Below, one piece after another: positions 1-9,222 of a DNA stretch of 64,000 bases (position 1 is the stretch's first letter; each line of letters begins with the position of its first letter). A program made the position numbers and the translations under genes. This DNA is from an uncultured Candidatus Saccharimonas sp. (GTDB taxonomy: Bacteria; Patescibacteriota; Saccharimonadia; Saccharimonadales; AWTP1-31): contig CALRBE010000003.1 in the NCBI GenBank assembly GCA_943354005.1, positions 30,153 through 94,152 on the forward strand. The letters are read 5' to 3'. The notes below the pieces were generated by a model. It was not told the DNA's origin. It searched no databases and saw only the letters and a program-made list of their open reading frames with translations.

Positions 1-417
1 GAACTAAGTGCAGAAGCGTTGGACTTACATTATTTTATAAACTTACGGGCAGTAACTTTAATGTGTTCTGAGTTTGTAAAAGGTCACCAGAATGGGAAGC
101 AAGGCAATATAGTAAATGTAACTTCAGGGCAATCCATAAGTGCCATGAATGTAGACAAGATTCCTTATACAGTTACAAAAGCTGGTTTAGAAATGTTGGC
201 AATACAACTTGCACCAGGAATAATTAACCTGGGGATAACTATTAATGCCGTTGATCCAGGCCCGACAGATACCGGCTGGATGAGTGATGAAGTCAAGAAA
301 GAGATTCAAAAGAATTCCATAGTTAATAAACCAGAAGAAGTAGCAACCGCAATAGCAGCCTTGTTGCTTGACACGGGCAAGAATACGACAGGCCAAGTAA
401 TCCACGTTGGAAGATGA
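1..417 (+). CDS. short-chain dehydrogenase/reductase (SDR), C-terminal part; 5' end lies outside the window
   Basis: Frame is open from nt 1. The translation carries an SDR catalytic-region pattern (YTVTKAGLEMLAIQLA...NAVDPGPTDT). Confidence 0.7.
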   Translation, partial: ELSAEALDLHYFINLRAVTLMCSEFVKGHQNGKQGNIVNVTSGQSISAMNVDKIPYTVTKAGLEMLAIQLAPGIINLGITINAVDPGPTDTGWMSDEVKKEIQKNSIVNKPEEVATAIAALLLDTGKNTTGQVIHVGR

Positions 418-602
418 GAGTTTTAGTTTGATACTCAGACTATAAGTAAGGGAAAGATTATTCACTAAATGGTTTAATCATTGGTATAATCCGCACAAGG
501 GTTTACCACCTTACCATCTACAATTTCTAGACCAAGATTTACTAGTTTTGTACACATTAATACTATCGACCCCTGTAAAGTGTTCCGCCTGTGGGGGACC
601 GT

Positions 603-614
603 CCTAGCCATGAT
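603..614. repeat. 12-bp direct repeat CCTAGCCATGAT, left copy, flanking the RelE/Phd cassette
   Basis: An identical 12-mer recurs at 1356-1367, immediately after the tRNA-like 3' fragment. Confidence 0.5.
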
Positions 615-631
615 AATAATCAACTTCAGAA

Positions 632-895
632 CTATTTTTTATACACGTCCTTGCGATGCTTGATACTCACAACTTCAAGTGTTTCATCATGAACATCAAA
701 TAAGATCCGGTAATGTCCAATCCTAAAACGGAATGTCCCAATACTAGAACTAATTAACTGTCGAGCAAATAGCAAAGGATCGTCCTGCTTCAGAAAATAA
801 TCTAGTTTCTTGGCAATTCGATTTTTAGTAACCCCATCCAATTTATCTATATCTTTTCTGGCGCTCCGTGCAACTACCAGGCGATATTTGTTCAT
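632..895 (-). CDS. type II toxin, RelE/ParE family
   Basis: 87 aa. The C-terminal block GHYRILFDVHDETLEVVSIKHRKDVY is the classic RelE/ParE core. It overlaps the upstream antitoxin by ATGA. Confidence 0.7.
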   Translation of the reverse strand: MNKYRLVVARSARKDIDKLDGVTKNRIAKKLDYFLKQDDPLLFARQLISSSIGTFRFRIGHYRILFDVHDETLEVVSIKHRKDVYKK

Positions 896-1152
896 TACAG
901 AACATCCCCAAAAACCTCGTCAAAAGTATAAGTTTCACCACGCTTAATTTCTTCACGGGCTGAGGCAATAGACTTAATATAATCGGTATCTTGAAGCAAT
1001 AGTAGGTCCTCAAGGATTTCATCATCAATAATAACTTTACCAGTTAACTTGCCGCGACTTTTTATAAATAAGATGTCTTCTCTGCCGAGTCCCTTAATAG
1101 TAGCAGATAGATTATTGCGTAGATCGGTGGTATCGATTGTTTTAGTGCTCAT
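895..1152 (-). CDS. type II antitoxin, Phd/YefM family
   Basis: 85 aa. The architecture is Phd/YefM-like (N-terminal TIDTTDLRNNLSATIK; EDLLLLQDTDYIKSIASAREEIKRGETYTFDEVFG). It is translationally coupled to the RelE-like gene. Confidence 0.65.
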   Translation of the reverse strand: MSTKTIDTTDLRNNLSATIKGLGREDILFIKSRGKLTGKVIIDDEILEDLLLLQDTDYIKSIASAREEIKRGETYTFDEVFGDVL

Positions 1153-1330
1153 TGTGATTGTCCCTTCTAGGTTACACTGTTATTGTACACTGTGTTGTAC
1201 ATTTAAGTCAATAGTACGAACCCCTCATACTTAATCAGTCGATTCAAGGCCTGCGCCTTTTAAATTTAGATACTAACGATCCTAATTTAGATAGCCCAAT
1301 TAATTGAAAAGGCACTCTGTTCTGTTCCCA

Positions 1331-1363
1331 GGATCGGGGGTTCGAATCCCTCCGCCCTAGCCA
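1331..1363 (+). other. orphan tRNA 3'-half-like fragment (T-arm GGGGG-TTCGAAT-CCCTC plus 7-nt acceptor 3' strand, discriminator and CCA); no matching 5' half
   Basis: Canonical GGTTCGAATCC T-loop followed by CGCCCTA-G-CCA. The complementary 5' acceptor strand (TAGGGCG) is absent from the upstream 300 nt. The fragment's 3' end overlaps the right copy of the 12-bp repeat (1356-1367). Confidence 0.45.
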
Positions 1364-1454
1364 TGATTGACTTTATTAGTAATCAATACGAGGTTCTGTT
1401 GCTATTATGGTATTAGGGCATACAATACACATGCCCACATAATAAAGGCTTCGC

Positions 1455-2105
1455 ATGAATGACGATAAATCACAGAACCAAAACCAAAATGATCAAATAC
1501 ATACAAGTCCCGCTGCAAGGCCGCAGCATTTAGAACCAAAGCATGCTGAGATTAAGACAAGTAAAGGCTCTTTTTTAAAAAATAAGAAAGTCTTTATTGG
1601 TATTGCTTTAGCATTAGTGATTATTGGAGTAAGTACTTTCTTAAATCGTAACCCTGCAAAGTCGGACGCTAAACCTCTAGTAAACTATATTCTTAGTATT
1701 GGTGGACGTGAAATATGTAGTGAAGACAATAACGCCAAGGGTTTTCTAAATGCTGCGAGTGGGCCGTGGTTTATGGGCTACTATTACATACCTCAGCGTA
1801 AAAATATTGCTAATGAACTAAAAGAACAACTTAGAAAACAATCGATAGATATAATTTCAACACAAGATTTTAAGGCAAAACTAGGTGAAGATGGTCATGG
1901 CTTTCAGCTAAGACCAACCGATTCCGAGAACAAGAAACTAAATGAATATTACATTTACAAGTCAGACAAAGAGTATGCTGAGGTTAACCTAATAAACGAC
2001 GGGGCACCATTCTTGCGCTGTGCTTACGGCACTAGAAGCTATGAGCCTAAAGCAGGGGATGGCTACACGGTTATTGAGTTTACTTGGACTAAGTGGGGTA
2101 AATAA
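1455..2105 (+). CDS. hypothetical membrane-anchored protein (N-terminal TM helix, extracytoplasmic domain)
   Basis: 216-aa ORF with a hydrophobic segment FIGIALALVIIGVSTFL after a polar N-terminus. AAAGG lies upstream of the ATG. Confidence 0.5.
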   Translation: MNDDKSQNQNQNDQIHTSPAARPQHLEPKHAEIKTSKGSFLKNKKVFIGIALALVIIGVSTFLNRNPAKSDAKPLVNYILSIGGREICSEDNNAKGFLNAASGPWFMGYYYIPQRKNIANELKEQLRKQSIDIISTQDFKAKLGEDGHGFQLRPTDSENKKLNEYYIYKSDKEYAEVNLINDGAPFLRCAYGTRSYEPKAGDGYTVIEFTWTKWGK

Positions 2106-2205
2106 CCTGATAAATGCTATCCTTCAAAGCATAGTAATTTTTTTGTTTATTTAACTGTATTAATGTGCCGCTCATATATTAAACCTCGCGTGCTACACTC
2201 AACTT

Positions 2206-2841
2206 ATGAGAATTACATTTCCAGTAGAGTCGCAAACCTACACGGAGTATTGCGTATACTGCCATTCTCGTGACACATTACGAGCTGTTAGAGGAAAAGA
2301 TGGCCTGCAGTATGAATGTTCAAAGTGCAATAAGACTGCATCTCGCGCGATCATAATGGATCCAGATCTTAAGTGGAGCATAGATAGCGACAAAGAATAC
2401 GTGCATGAGTCTGTTGGTGTCTTTATTTTTAATGATCAGAAAGAATTCCTGATGTTTAAATTAAACAAGTATCCTTTTGGTGCCACAATTCCAGCTGGGC
2501 ATGTCGATAGAGATGAAGATCCAGAAAAAGCAATTCTTAGAGAAGTCGCAGAAGAGGTTCAGCTTCCAATTAAGAAGCTTACTGCTGTAGCAACCGTATC
2601 AATAGATAAAGACGGATGCAGAAGAGGCTCGGACCGTCATAATTGGACTATATACTGTGCAATTGTCGCCAGCACGCAAAAACCGATCGTCGATGAGAAA
2701 GAAGGTTCATCGCCCGAGTGGATATCACTTGAAGACGCACGGAAAAGAACAAATTGTTTTGCTATAGACTATATTTTGAAGAATTACTTCAATGAGATCA
2801 TATCGTATTCAAGTAACAAGATGCCTCCATCTAGTGATTAG
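2206..2841 (+). CDS. NUDIX hydrolase with N-terminal zinc-ribbon (NudC-like architecture)
   Basis: Nudix box GHVDRDEDPEKAILREVAEEVQL. The N-terminus has CVYC...C..C cysteine pairs. Confidence 0.7.
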   Translation: MRITFPVESQTYTEYCVYCHSRDTLRAVRGKDGLQYECSKCNKTASRAIIMDPDLKWSIDSDKEYVHESVGVFIFNDQKEFLMFKLNKYPFGATIPAGHVDRDEDPEKAILREVAEEVQLPIKKLTAVATVSIDKDGCRRGSDRHNWTIYCAIVASTQKPIVDEKEGSSPEWISLEDARKRTNCFAIDYILKNYFNEIISYSSNKMPPSSD

Positions 2842-2911
2842 TCTATAGGGACAAATACACTTTTAAACCTATCGCAGAGATACTATCAGATCTTATTGTA
2901 TTAAACTCTTT

Positions 2912-3679
2912 TTGTACTACAATACGAGTATGAAAAGAAAAGTGGGCATAGCAATCATCATGCTAATTAGCATTGGTGTTATATGGGCGCCAAAAGCATT
3001 TGCTGACTTACCACCTCAAGAGTGCGACTTTAATGAATCATCTCAGGAGTGTTATAACGCACGGGAGAAAGATAATTTCTGTAGCATAATTAGGGGTAAT
3101 CCGTCTGCTGCGACTGAAGAAGATCGTAAAGCACAGGAAGCACGGAGCCAGGATCCATATTGTGGAGGCTCCGGAGTAGCGCTAGATAGTTTCTGTCGGA
3201 TAAAAAGGAGTAATCCTGAACTGTATAGCGAGCAAGATTATAAAGCACAATACGAACGTAACGATGATCCACGCTGTAGAGTCTCAGGAAACGTCTTTGA
3301 TCTATATGGTATATTTAAACAATCTTGGTTCTACGTCAATCTGTTACTGACACTTATTATCGAATTAATTATCGTATTGTTCTTAATAAGGCCAATGTCA
3401 AGACGTAAAGTAATGACCGTTATTCTGGTCAACGTCGCAAGCTATGTACCGTTTATCATTCTTTTGACTATAATCGTTAACTATCTCAGTCGAGCTGGTT
3501 TTGCTGGCTTGTATTGGCCAACCGTTATTATTGGAGAAGTAGGAGTAATTATCTTTGAAGCTTTGATATTCAAAAAAGTACTAAAGCTAAAAACTAAAAA
3601 AGCTTTCGCTGTATCAATTATTGCGAATACATTGAGTGTCGCCGTTGGCTATTTCATTCGCGTCATCTATTTAAGTTAG
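2912..3679 (+). CDS. hypothetical membrane protein: signal peptide, Cys-containing tandem repeat domain, C-terminal multi-TM region
   Basis: N-terminal hydrophobic leader. Two ~38-aa repeats (NPSAATEEDRKAQEARSQDPYCGGSG / NPELYSEQDYKAQYERNDDPRCRVSG). Four or five C-terminal hydrophobic helices. Confidence 0.5.
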   Translation: MYYNTSMKRKVGIAIIMLISIGVIWAPKAFADLPPQECDFNESSQECYNAREKDNFCSIIRGNPSAATEEDRKAQEARSQDPYCGGSGVALDSFCRIKRSNPELYSEQDYKAQYERNDDPRCRVSGNVFDLYGIFKQSWFYVNLLLTLIIELIIVLFLIRPMSRRKVMTVILVNVASYVPFIILLTIIVNYLSRAGFAGLYWPTVIIGEVGVIIFEALIFKKVLKLKTKKAFAVSIIANTLSVAVGYFIRVIYLS

Positions 3680-3705
3680 GGGATTATGGATAGCTACCAA
3701 TCTCT

Positions 3706-4503
3706 ATGAAGTTAGTAAATAGCAGAAAGATGCTCGTGATTCTTGGCGTAGCTGCCATCCTTGTGGGATTACTAATTGCAATGTTCTATGTTGTCAGAAG
3801 AAACAATGTAGATATTGTAGATGCCCGCATGGCTCGCCTTATAGCATCATCGGGATCAGTTACAGACAAGCGAAGTCTTTCAGATCAGGTGCATAAAATT
3901 GGTCACGAGATTGGGGAATCAGACAATAGTGGTTCGCTAGATTCAGCGCTAAAAAAATGTGGAGATCCAGATTTTATTAAAGGTGGCTGCTTGCACGGCG
4001 TTGTCATGGGGCTTGAGCACCATTACACCAAAGAACAACTAGCTAAAAAATGTACAGAAAAAACTTTGTCAGATTTGCGGTTTAATAAAAACTGCGCGCA
4101 TGCAATTGGCCATATTCTATTTACTGAGCAAGATCAGCTAAATTCGTACCTCACATCATGCGATAGTCTTTTTTCAGTTGATTTGCGTAATGCTTGTTAC
4201 AGCGGAGTATTTATGGAATATATGTTAGCTTCTCACAGTATTGCAATGGGAGAGCCTAAAACAATCTTGAGAATACCAGACTGCAAAAAAGTTTCAGAAA
4301 GCTACACTATGATCTGTGCAGGATCAATTGGGAGCTACACGCAATATTACCCAAATGATTCACTTGAAAAAACAGTTAGTCTCTGTCAAGAATTGCAAAC
4401 CCAAGAACAACAGCAATACTGCTTTGACTCAGCCCGAGATCGCCTAAGATTGGCTTCCCAGGAGACGCAGTCAGCATTCTGCCGACTAATAACCTGTCAG
4501 TAA
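3706..4503 (+). CDS. hypothetical Cys-rich extracytoplasmic protein with N-terminal TM anchor
   Basis: 265 aa. TM segment LVILGVAAILVGLLIAMFYVV. About 14 Cys residues are spread through the soluble domain. Confidence 0.5.
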   Translation: MKLVNSRKMLVILGVAAILVGLLIAMFYVVRRNNVDIVDARMARLIASSGSVTDKRSLSDQVHKIGHEIGESDNSGSLDSALKKCGDPDFIKGGCLHGVVMGLEHHYTKEQLAKKCTEKTLSDLRFNKNCAHAIGHILFTEQDQLNSYLTSCDSLFSVDLRNACYSGVFMEYMLASHSIAMGEPKTILRIPDCKKVSESYTMICAGSIGSYTQYYPNDSLEKTVSLCQELQTQEQQQYCFDSARDRLRLASQETQSAFCRLITCQ

Positions 4504-4660
4504 TCTAGATTAGTATACTGGCGCTTAATTTATCCTCGGGTGTGTCAATATTTTAGATTTATGGAGCCTAAGTATATGCTAATGTTTATGTCATAGATAA
4601 GTCTATTGGTATACTAACCAATATAAATATTAAATAGTATGAATCTAAGGAGTTTTTACA

Positions 4661-4957
4661 ATGAACAATGAACAACAACAGCCAACTAAGATAGAACAGC
4701 CAAAGGCTGCTCCGAATACACCAGTAACTGGGCAGCAGAACCCGAGCGTTGAGCCTCCAATCTATAGAAGGTGGTTATACTTTGCACTTATTGCACTATT
4801 TGTACCCTTTGGACTCTTTTTTTGCTGGTACCTGGTATTTTCAGGAAATATTTATTATAAAAAAGCAGGAGTCTATATTCCACGCGATAAGAACCCAGTT
4901 ATAATCCTTTTGGCTGTTACTACATTTCTAGTTATTGCAGGTTTTACTAGTCTCTAA
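4661..4957 (+). CDS. small membrane protein (two TM helices)
   Basis: 98 aa. AAGGAG RBS sits 8 nt upstream of the ATG. Two hydrophobic helices. Confidence 0.45.
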   Translation: MNNEQQQPTKIEQPKAAPNTPVTGQQNPSVEPPIYRRWLYFALIALFVPFGLFFCWYLVFSGNIYYKKAGVYIPRDKNPVIILLAVTTFLVIAGFTSL

Positions 4958-5061
4958 TAAATAAAATATACCAAAGTATTCATACTAAAAGTTTGATTAC
5001 AAAAACATTTAGTCTCTAATAATATGCCTAGTATTAAATTATTAATACGCTTGTGCTTTAG

Positions 5062-5769
5062 GTGTTTTACGTCCATAGTATAGTGAAGCGAGGAAAAGCA
5101 TTGTATTACATTGACAGAACAGATTTGGGCAAAAAGATGGCCCTAAGAATTGGTGCACTTGGGAGCGTCCAACCTATAATTATTTGTCTTAATGAATCCG
5201 CCTTAAGCACATCGATTGCCCTTGCAAGTGAGCTTCGGGGGTGGATCTTTCCATTGATATCGGAAAATATACAGCTAGCTTCAGATGATAGAATTATTGG
5301 AGTAATAGATTCTGAGGGTCAATATACAGTTAATCCTCAGTTATCTTCATTTGAGCTGGAAGACATAATGTCAGAATATCACGGTATGGTTGATGATAAG
5401 AAAAGAGAAGCATTTAGTAAGATAAACAGGTTGGATAACTCTTACGCTAAAATAGATCCAAATATACTTAATGGCAGGCTAGTTATTTTGTGTGGAGATA
5501 TCGTTAGAAATCAACTACAAATTGGAGCGGTAAGAACATTATTGAAGCCTCACACACCAATTGATATCATCGGCGTTGCTGGAAACATTGACGTTAATGC
5601 AGCCGATTATCTAAGGCTTACTGCCAACAAGACTGAGATGTTCGACGTTATGACTTCAATGTTCGAGGATGACCATTATTTTGAAAAAAATGACGGTTAC
5701 ACGACTGAACAGAGGCATAATATAGCCGTTAATATTTCACAGTTCTGGAAACCAGCAACAAGTAAATAA
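5062..5769 (+). CDS. hypothetical protein, weak phosphoribosyltransferase-like motif
   Basis: 235-aa ORF. Hydrophobic stretch-GD-IV (RLVILCGDIVRNQ) is reminiscent of a PRTase PRPP loop but degenerate. Confidence 0.35.
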   Translation: MFYVHSIVKRGKALYYIDRTDLGKKMALRIGALGSVQPIIICLNESALSTSIALASELRGWIFPLISENIQLASDDRIIGVIDSEGQYTVNPQLSSFELEDIMSEYHGMVDDKKREAFSKINRLDNSYAKIDPNILNGRLVILCGDIVRNQLQIGAVRTLLKPHTPIDIIGVAGNIDVNAADYLRLTANKTEMFDVMTSMFEDDHYFEKNDGYTTEQRHNIAVNISQFWKPATSK

Positions 5770-5791
5770 TAGATACAATGAGGAGATTAAA

Positions 5792-6880
5792 TTGCAACCA
5801 ACACAGAATCCACCAACAACAGTAGCCCCAGGAGTAGCCACTCCAGCGACAGTAACCCAGCCAGGTAGTGCAGGTCAAAAAACATACCAAAGTGGCCTTA
5901 CCGCAGAAGAGCTTGCAAAAAGTAAAAATATTTTAGATACAATTACAGCTTCATATAAGAAAAGAATTGTCGGTCAAGAGAACCTAAAGATCTCCCTACT
6001 TGTTGGCTTACTGACAAGTGGACATGTTCTGATTGAAAGTGTTCCTGGACTGGCAAAGACAACTGCAGCGGCAACTTTAGCGGCAGTCGTACAGGGAAGT
6101 TTCCACAGAATACAGTGTACGCCCGACCTACTACCAAGCGATATCATTGGAACTCAAATATACGACTACACCAATGCAACGTTTAAAACTCAGTTAGGGC
6201 CAGTGCATGCCAATTTCGTACTACTAGATGAGATTAACCGTTCTAGTGCAAAAACACAGAGTGCTATGCTCGAAGCTATGCAAGAGAGGCAAACAACGAT
6301 TGGCGGCACTAAACATCCGCTTCCTACACCTTTCTTAGTATTAGCTACACAAAACCCAATAGAAGAAGAGGGGACATATATACTTCCAGAAGCGCAAATG
6401 GATAGATTCCTACTTAAAGAAATCATCGATTATCCTAATGCAGCCGAAGAACTAGAGATATTAAATAGGTTTGAGTCCGGCATGCTAACCCAAGAATCAC
6501 TAGAAAAGCTCACTGCAGTAACCCTCGAGGACGTAAAATATATGCAGCAATGTACCGAGAAGGTATATCTAGATGAATCTATCAAGAAATATATTGTTGC
6601 AGTTGTAGGGGCGACACGTGAACCAGGAAAGTACATCAGTGCTGATCAGGCCAAATATGTGCAGTTCGGATCAAGCCCACGTGCTAGCCTAGCCTTCATG
6701 CAAGTGTCTAGAGCCCTGGCTTTTCTAAATAACAGAGGCTACGTCATTCCTGAAGATGTTAAGGCTTTAAGATATAGTGTTCTGCGACATAGAATCAAAC
6801 TAAACTTTGAAGCAGTTGCTGATCAGATACACCCAGAAACAATTATTGACGCCATATTCAGCGCGATTCAAACCCCATAA
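5792..6880 (+). CDS. MoxR-family AAA+ ATPase (Bat-operon ATPase) with Pro/Thr-rich N-terminal extension
   Basis: Walker A GLAKTT, Walker B VLLDEINR and sensor region LVLATQNP are present. About 45 N-terminal residues are low-complexity P/T/A/V. Confidence 0.85.
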   Translation: MQPTQNPPTTVAPGVATPATVTQPGSAGQKTYQSGLTAEELAKSKNILDTITASYKKRIVGQENLKISLLVGLLTSGHVLIESVPGLAKTTAAATLAAVVQGSFHRIQCTPDLLPSDIIGTQIYDYTNATFKTQLGPVHANFVLLDEINRSSAKTQSAMLEAMQERQTTIGGTKHPLPTPFLVLATQNPIEEEGTYILPEAQMDRFLLKEIIDYPNAAEELEILNRFESGMLTQESLEKLTAVTLEDVKYMQQCTEKVYLDESIKKYIVAVVGATREPGKYISADQAKYVQFGSSPRASLAFMQVSRALAFLNNRGYVIPEDVKALRYSVLRHRIKLNFEAVADQIHPETIIDAIFSAIQTP

Positions 6881-6888
6881 GGAATACC

Positions 6889-7776
6889 TTGGCTAGCCTA
6901 CTAAAAAAAGTAAAAAGTAAAATGACAATCTACGCTCATCAAAAAGTAAGGGGCTTATTAGAGGGCGAGTACGGTTCCGTATTTAAAGGTCGTAGCATGG
7001 ATTTTGATGACTTACGTGAATATATCTTAGGAGATGACGTTAAGGATATAGACTGGAAAGCTACTGCGCGAAGTGGACAGACCTTAATTAGACGTTATGT
7101 TGCTATTCGAAAACATAATATATTACTCGTAGTAAACACCGGGAGAGCAATGAAAGCTGTCTCGCCGTCGTTAGAAGATAAGATGGATATTTCTGTTATG
7201 GTAGCAGGTGTAATGGGCTACTTAGCGCAAAAGCACAGTGATCTAGTAGCTTTGGTTGCTGGCGATCAAGATGGAGTACACTACATGCCATTGACTGAAC
7301 GTAATGTGCAGCTAGAACAAATGCTTCAGTATATAAATAATCGGGCTAAGCATGATGGGCCAAAAAGCAATACGCCTAGAGTTTTTGAATATATTGCCCG
7401 AAATATTAGGCGTAAAATGATTATTATAGTGATTGGCGATACAGAGCTAATTGACGACGAGCAAATTACTTTATTAAAAAGGCTAAGAGCACAACACGAA
7501 ATACTTTATGTAAGCATCGAGGATCTATCACCTACTGAGCAATCCCACTTAGATTCAGACATATACGATATTCAGGAACCAGTTGTTCTGACGCATTTTA
7601 TAAGATCTAATAAATCTTTAGCCAAGGAGCTAGATGAGGCCTACAATAAACGAAAACTTAGCAACGAAAAGAGTCTTCAAAGAATTGGAATTAATAGCAT
7701 AGTAATTTCTAGTGAAAAAGAAGTTATTACAGGACTTTTTAAACTTTTAGAGAAACAACGCCATGCAAAAAAATGA
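6889..7776 (+). CDS. DUF58-family protein (MoxR partner)
   Basis: Hallmark motif YILGDDVKDIDWKATARSGQTLIRRY. Lies directly downstream of MoxR. Confidence 0.8.
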   Translation: MASLLKKVKSKMTIYAHQKVRGLLEGEYGSVFKGRSMDFDDLREYILGDDVKDIDWKATARSGQTLIRRYVAIRKHNILLVVNTGRAMKAVSPSLEDKMDISVMVAGVMGYLAQKHSDLVALVAGDQDGVHYMPLTERNVQLEQMLQYINNRAKHDGPKSNTPRVFEYIARNIRRKMIIIVIGDTELIDDEQITLLKRLRAQHEILYVSIEDLSPTEQSHLDSDIYDIQEPVVLTHFIRSNKSLAKELDEAYNKRKLSNEKSLQRIGINSIVISSEKEVITGLFKLLEKQRHAKK

Positions 7777-8242
7777 CCTACTATCACCATCGGTTCAATA
7801 TAATATAATCTGGTTTATTATTGGTGCCGTATTACTTTTACTTATAATTGTTTTATACACGTATATATTCTGGACTACTAGAAAAAAGAAGATCCGTACA
7901 TTAGCCACACTGCCCGTTATCACTCAAGTCCATGTTTCAATTGATGCGCTTCGTGAAAAGTACCTAAAAATTATTACTACAATTGAATTCCAATATCAAA
8001 ATAAAGAAATAGACTTGCGACAATTACATTTACTCTTAAGCACAACTGTTCGTTTATTTGTTTACGAGGTAAAGGGTATATCCGTCCATAAGCTTACTCT
8101 TACTGAGATTAAGAATGCTGATCTAGTCAAGCTTTATGACGTAATTGTTAAGTACTATCCTTTAGAGTTCGATTCTCTACAGAATGGGGATGCTAATAAC
8201 TCTGTTGCGCTAGCTAAAGGAATGGTACAACAATGGTCTTAA
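7763..8242 (+). CDS. small TM protein of Bat operon (DUF4381-like position)
   Basis: 159 aa with one N-terminal TM helix. Overlaps both neighbours, suggesting translational coupling. Confidence 0.5.
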   Translation: MQKNDLLSPSVQYNIIWFIIGAVLLLLIIVLYTYIFWTTRKKKIRTLATLPVITQVHVSIDALREKYLKIITTIEFQYQNKEIDLRQLHLLLSTTVRLFVYEVKGISVHKLTLTEIKNADLVKLYDVIVKYYPLEFDSLQNGDANNSVALAKGMVQQWS

Positions 8243-9222
8243 GATCTCCATGGATGCTAATAGTCTGGCTCTTTATATTTTTGCTTTATTTTAGATACTA
8301 CAAAAAACGCAAGAAAAGTACCGGTAGTAAAAAACCTGTTGCTAATAGTAAATACATGACAGAACTTGAATCCTATAAAAAAGCGCTTAAAAAGTATACT
8401 TTATTAATAAGATTAATGGCTTTGTTTCTAGCATTTATATTTTTACTGATAATTATTTTAAGCGTAAGACCAGCAGTTAAAACAATTGAACGACCGGATC
8501 TAACTAATCGAGATATCATCCTGTGCCTAGATGTTTCGGGTTCAATGAGAGAGACAGATGCTAAAGTCGTAGAGAATTTTGCGGAACTAGCAAAAGGATT
8601 TAAGGGTGAACGTATTGGAATGGTAATATTTGATAGTACGGCAGCAACACTGTTCCCATTAACTAATGATTACAACTATGTTATTGATATACTAAATAAA
8701 ACTAAAGCTGCTTTTAATAGTGAAAATTATAGTGAATCCAATTATGATCTATTCACTGGAACTAATGAAGGGGAAGGCTCATCTTTAATCGGAGATGGGC
8801 TTGCATCATGTGTCCTACGTTTCGATAAATTGGGCACAAAGCGATCACGTTCAGTAATTCTAGCTACAGATAACTACGCAAATGGCGCTCAGATTGTAGA
8901 TTTAAAGCAGGCCGGTGCACTAGCAAAAAAGAATGATGTACGAGTTTACGGATTAAACCCCGATGATAGGAACGACGGAGATTATAAAGATAAAAATTCA
9001 ATAGAATTCCGAGAAGTAGTTCTTGGCACAAACGGTGACTATTATAAATTTGAAAGTCCCGGCTCAATACCAGGAATTATTAGTAAAGTATCTCAGCAGG
9101 AAGCAACACGGTTTAAGGGCAGTCCGGTGTTAGTAACCTCTGATAAACCCCAGCTAATCATCTTAATTATTGTTTTTAGTACTGTAATTCTACTATTCAT
9201 CGTATGGAGGCTAGGCATATGA
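8233..9222 (+). CDS. VWA-domain protein, BatA-like (N- and C-terminal TM helices)
   Basis: MIDAS motif LCLDVSGSM. TM helices at both ends. Confidence 0.75.
   Translation: MVLRSPWMLIVWLFIFLLYFRYYKKRKKSTGSKKPVANSKYMTELESYKKALKKYTLLIRLMALFLAFIFLLIIILSVRPAVKTIERPDLTNRDIILCLDVSGSMRETDAKVVENFAELAKGFKGERIGMVIFDSTAATLFPLTNDYNYVIDILNKTKAAFNSENYSESNYDLFTGTNEGEGSSLIGDGLASCVLRFDKLGTKRSRSVILATDNYANGAQIVDLKQAGALAKKNDVRVYGLNPDDRNDGDYKDKNSIEFREVVLGTNGDYYKFESPGSIPGIISKVSQQEATRFKGSPVLVTSDKPQLIILIIVFSTVILLFIVWRLGI

Noticed and set aside
187-465. 92-aa minus-strand ORF overlapping the SDR gene
   Set aside because: Antisense to a conserved SDR coding region. No motif.
1049-1234. 61-aa plus-strand ORF overlapping the Phd antitoxin gene
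   Set aside because: Opposite strand of a well-supported antitoxin. Hydrophobic low-complexity translation.
1153-1366. Possible tmRNA (ssrA) gene ending in the tRNA-like 3' domain at 1331-1363
   Set aside because: No complementary 5' acceptor strand (TAGGGCG/CTAGGGC) anywhere upstream. Position 70 is C, not the U needed for a G3-U70 Ala-like identity pair. No tag-peptide reading frame (…AA-stop) is visible. A ~350-nt tmRNA would have to overlap the well-supported Phd/RelE genes. It is better explained as an orphan tRNA 3' half or att remnant.
2106-2160. Weak hairpin (ATGCT...AGCAT) followed by a T-run after the 1455-2105 gene
   Set aside because: Only 5 bp of stem with a long loop. It is a possible terminator but too weak to list as a feature.
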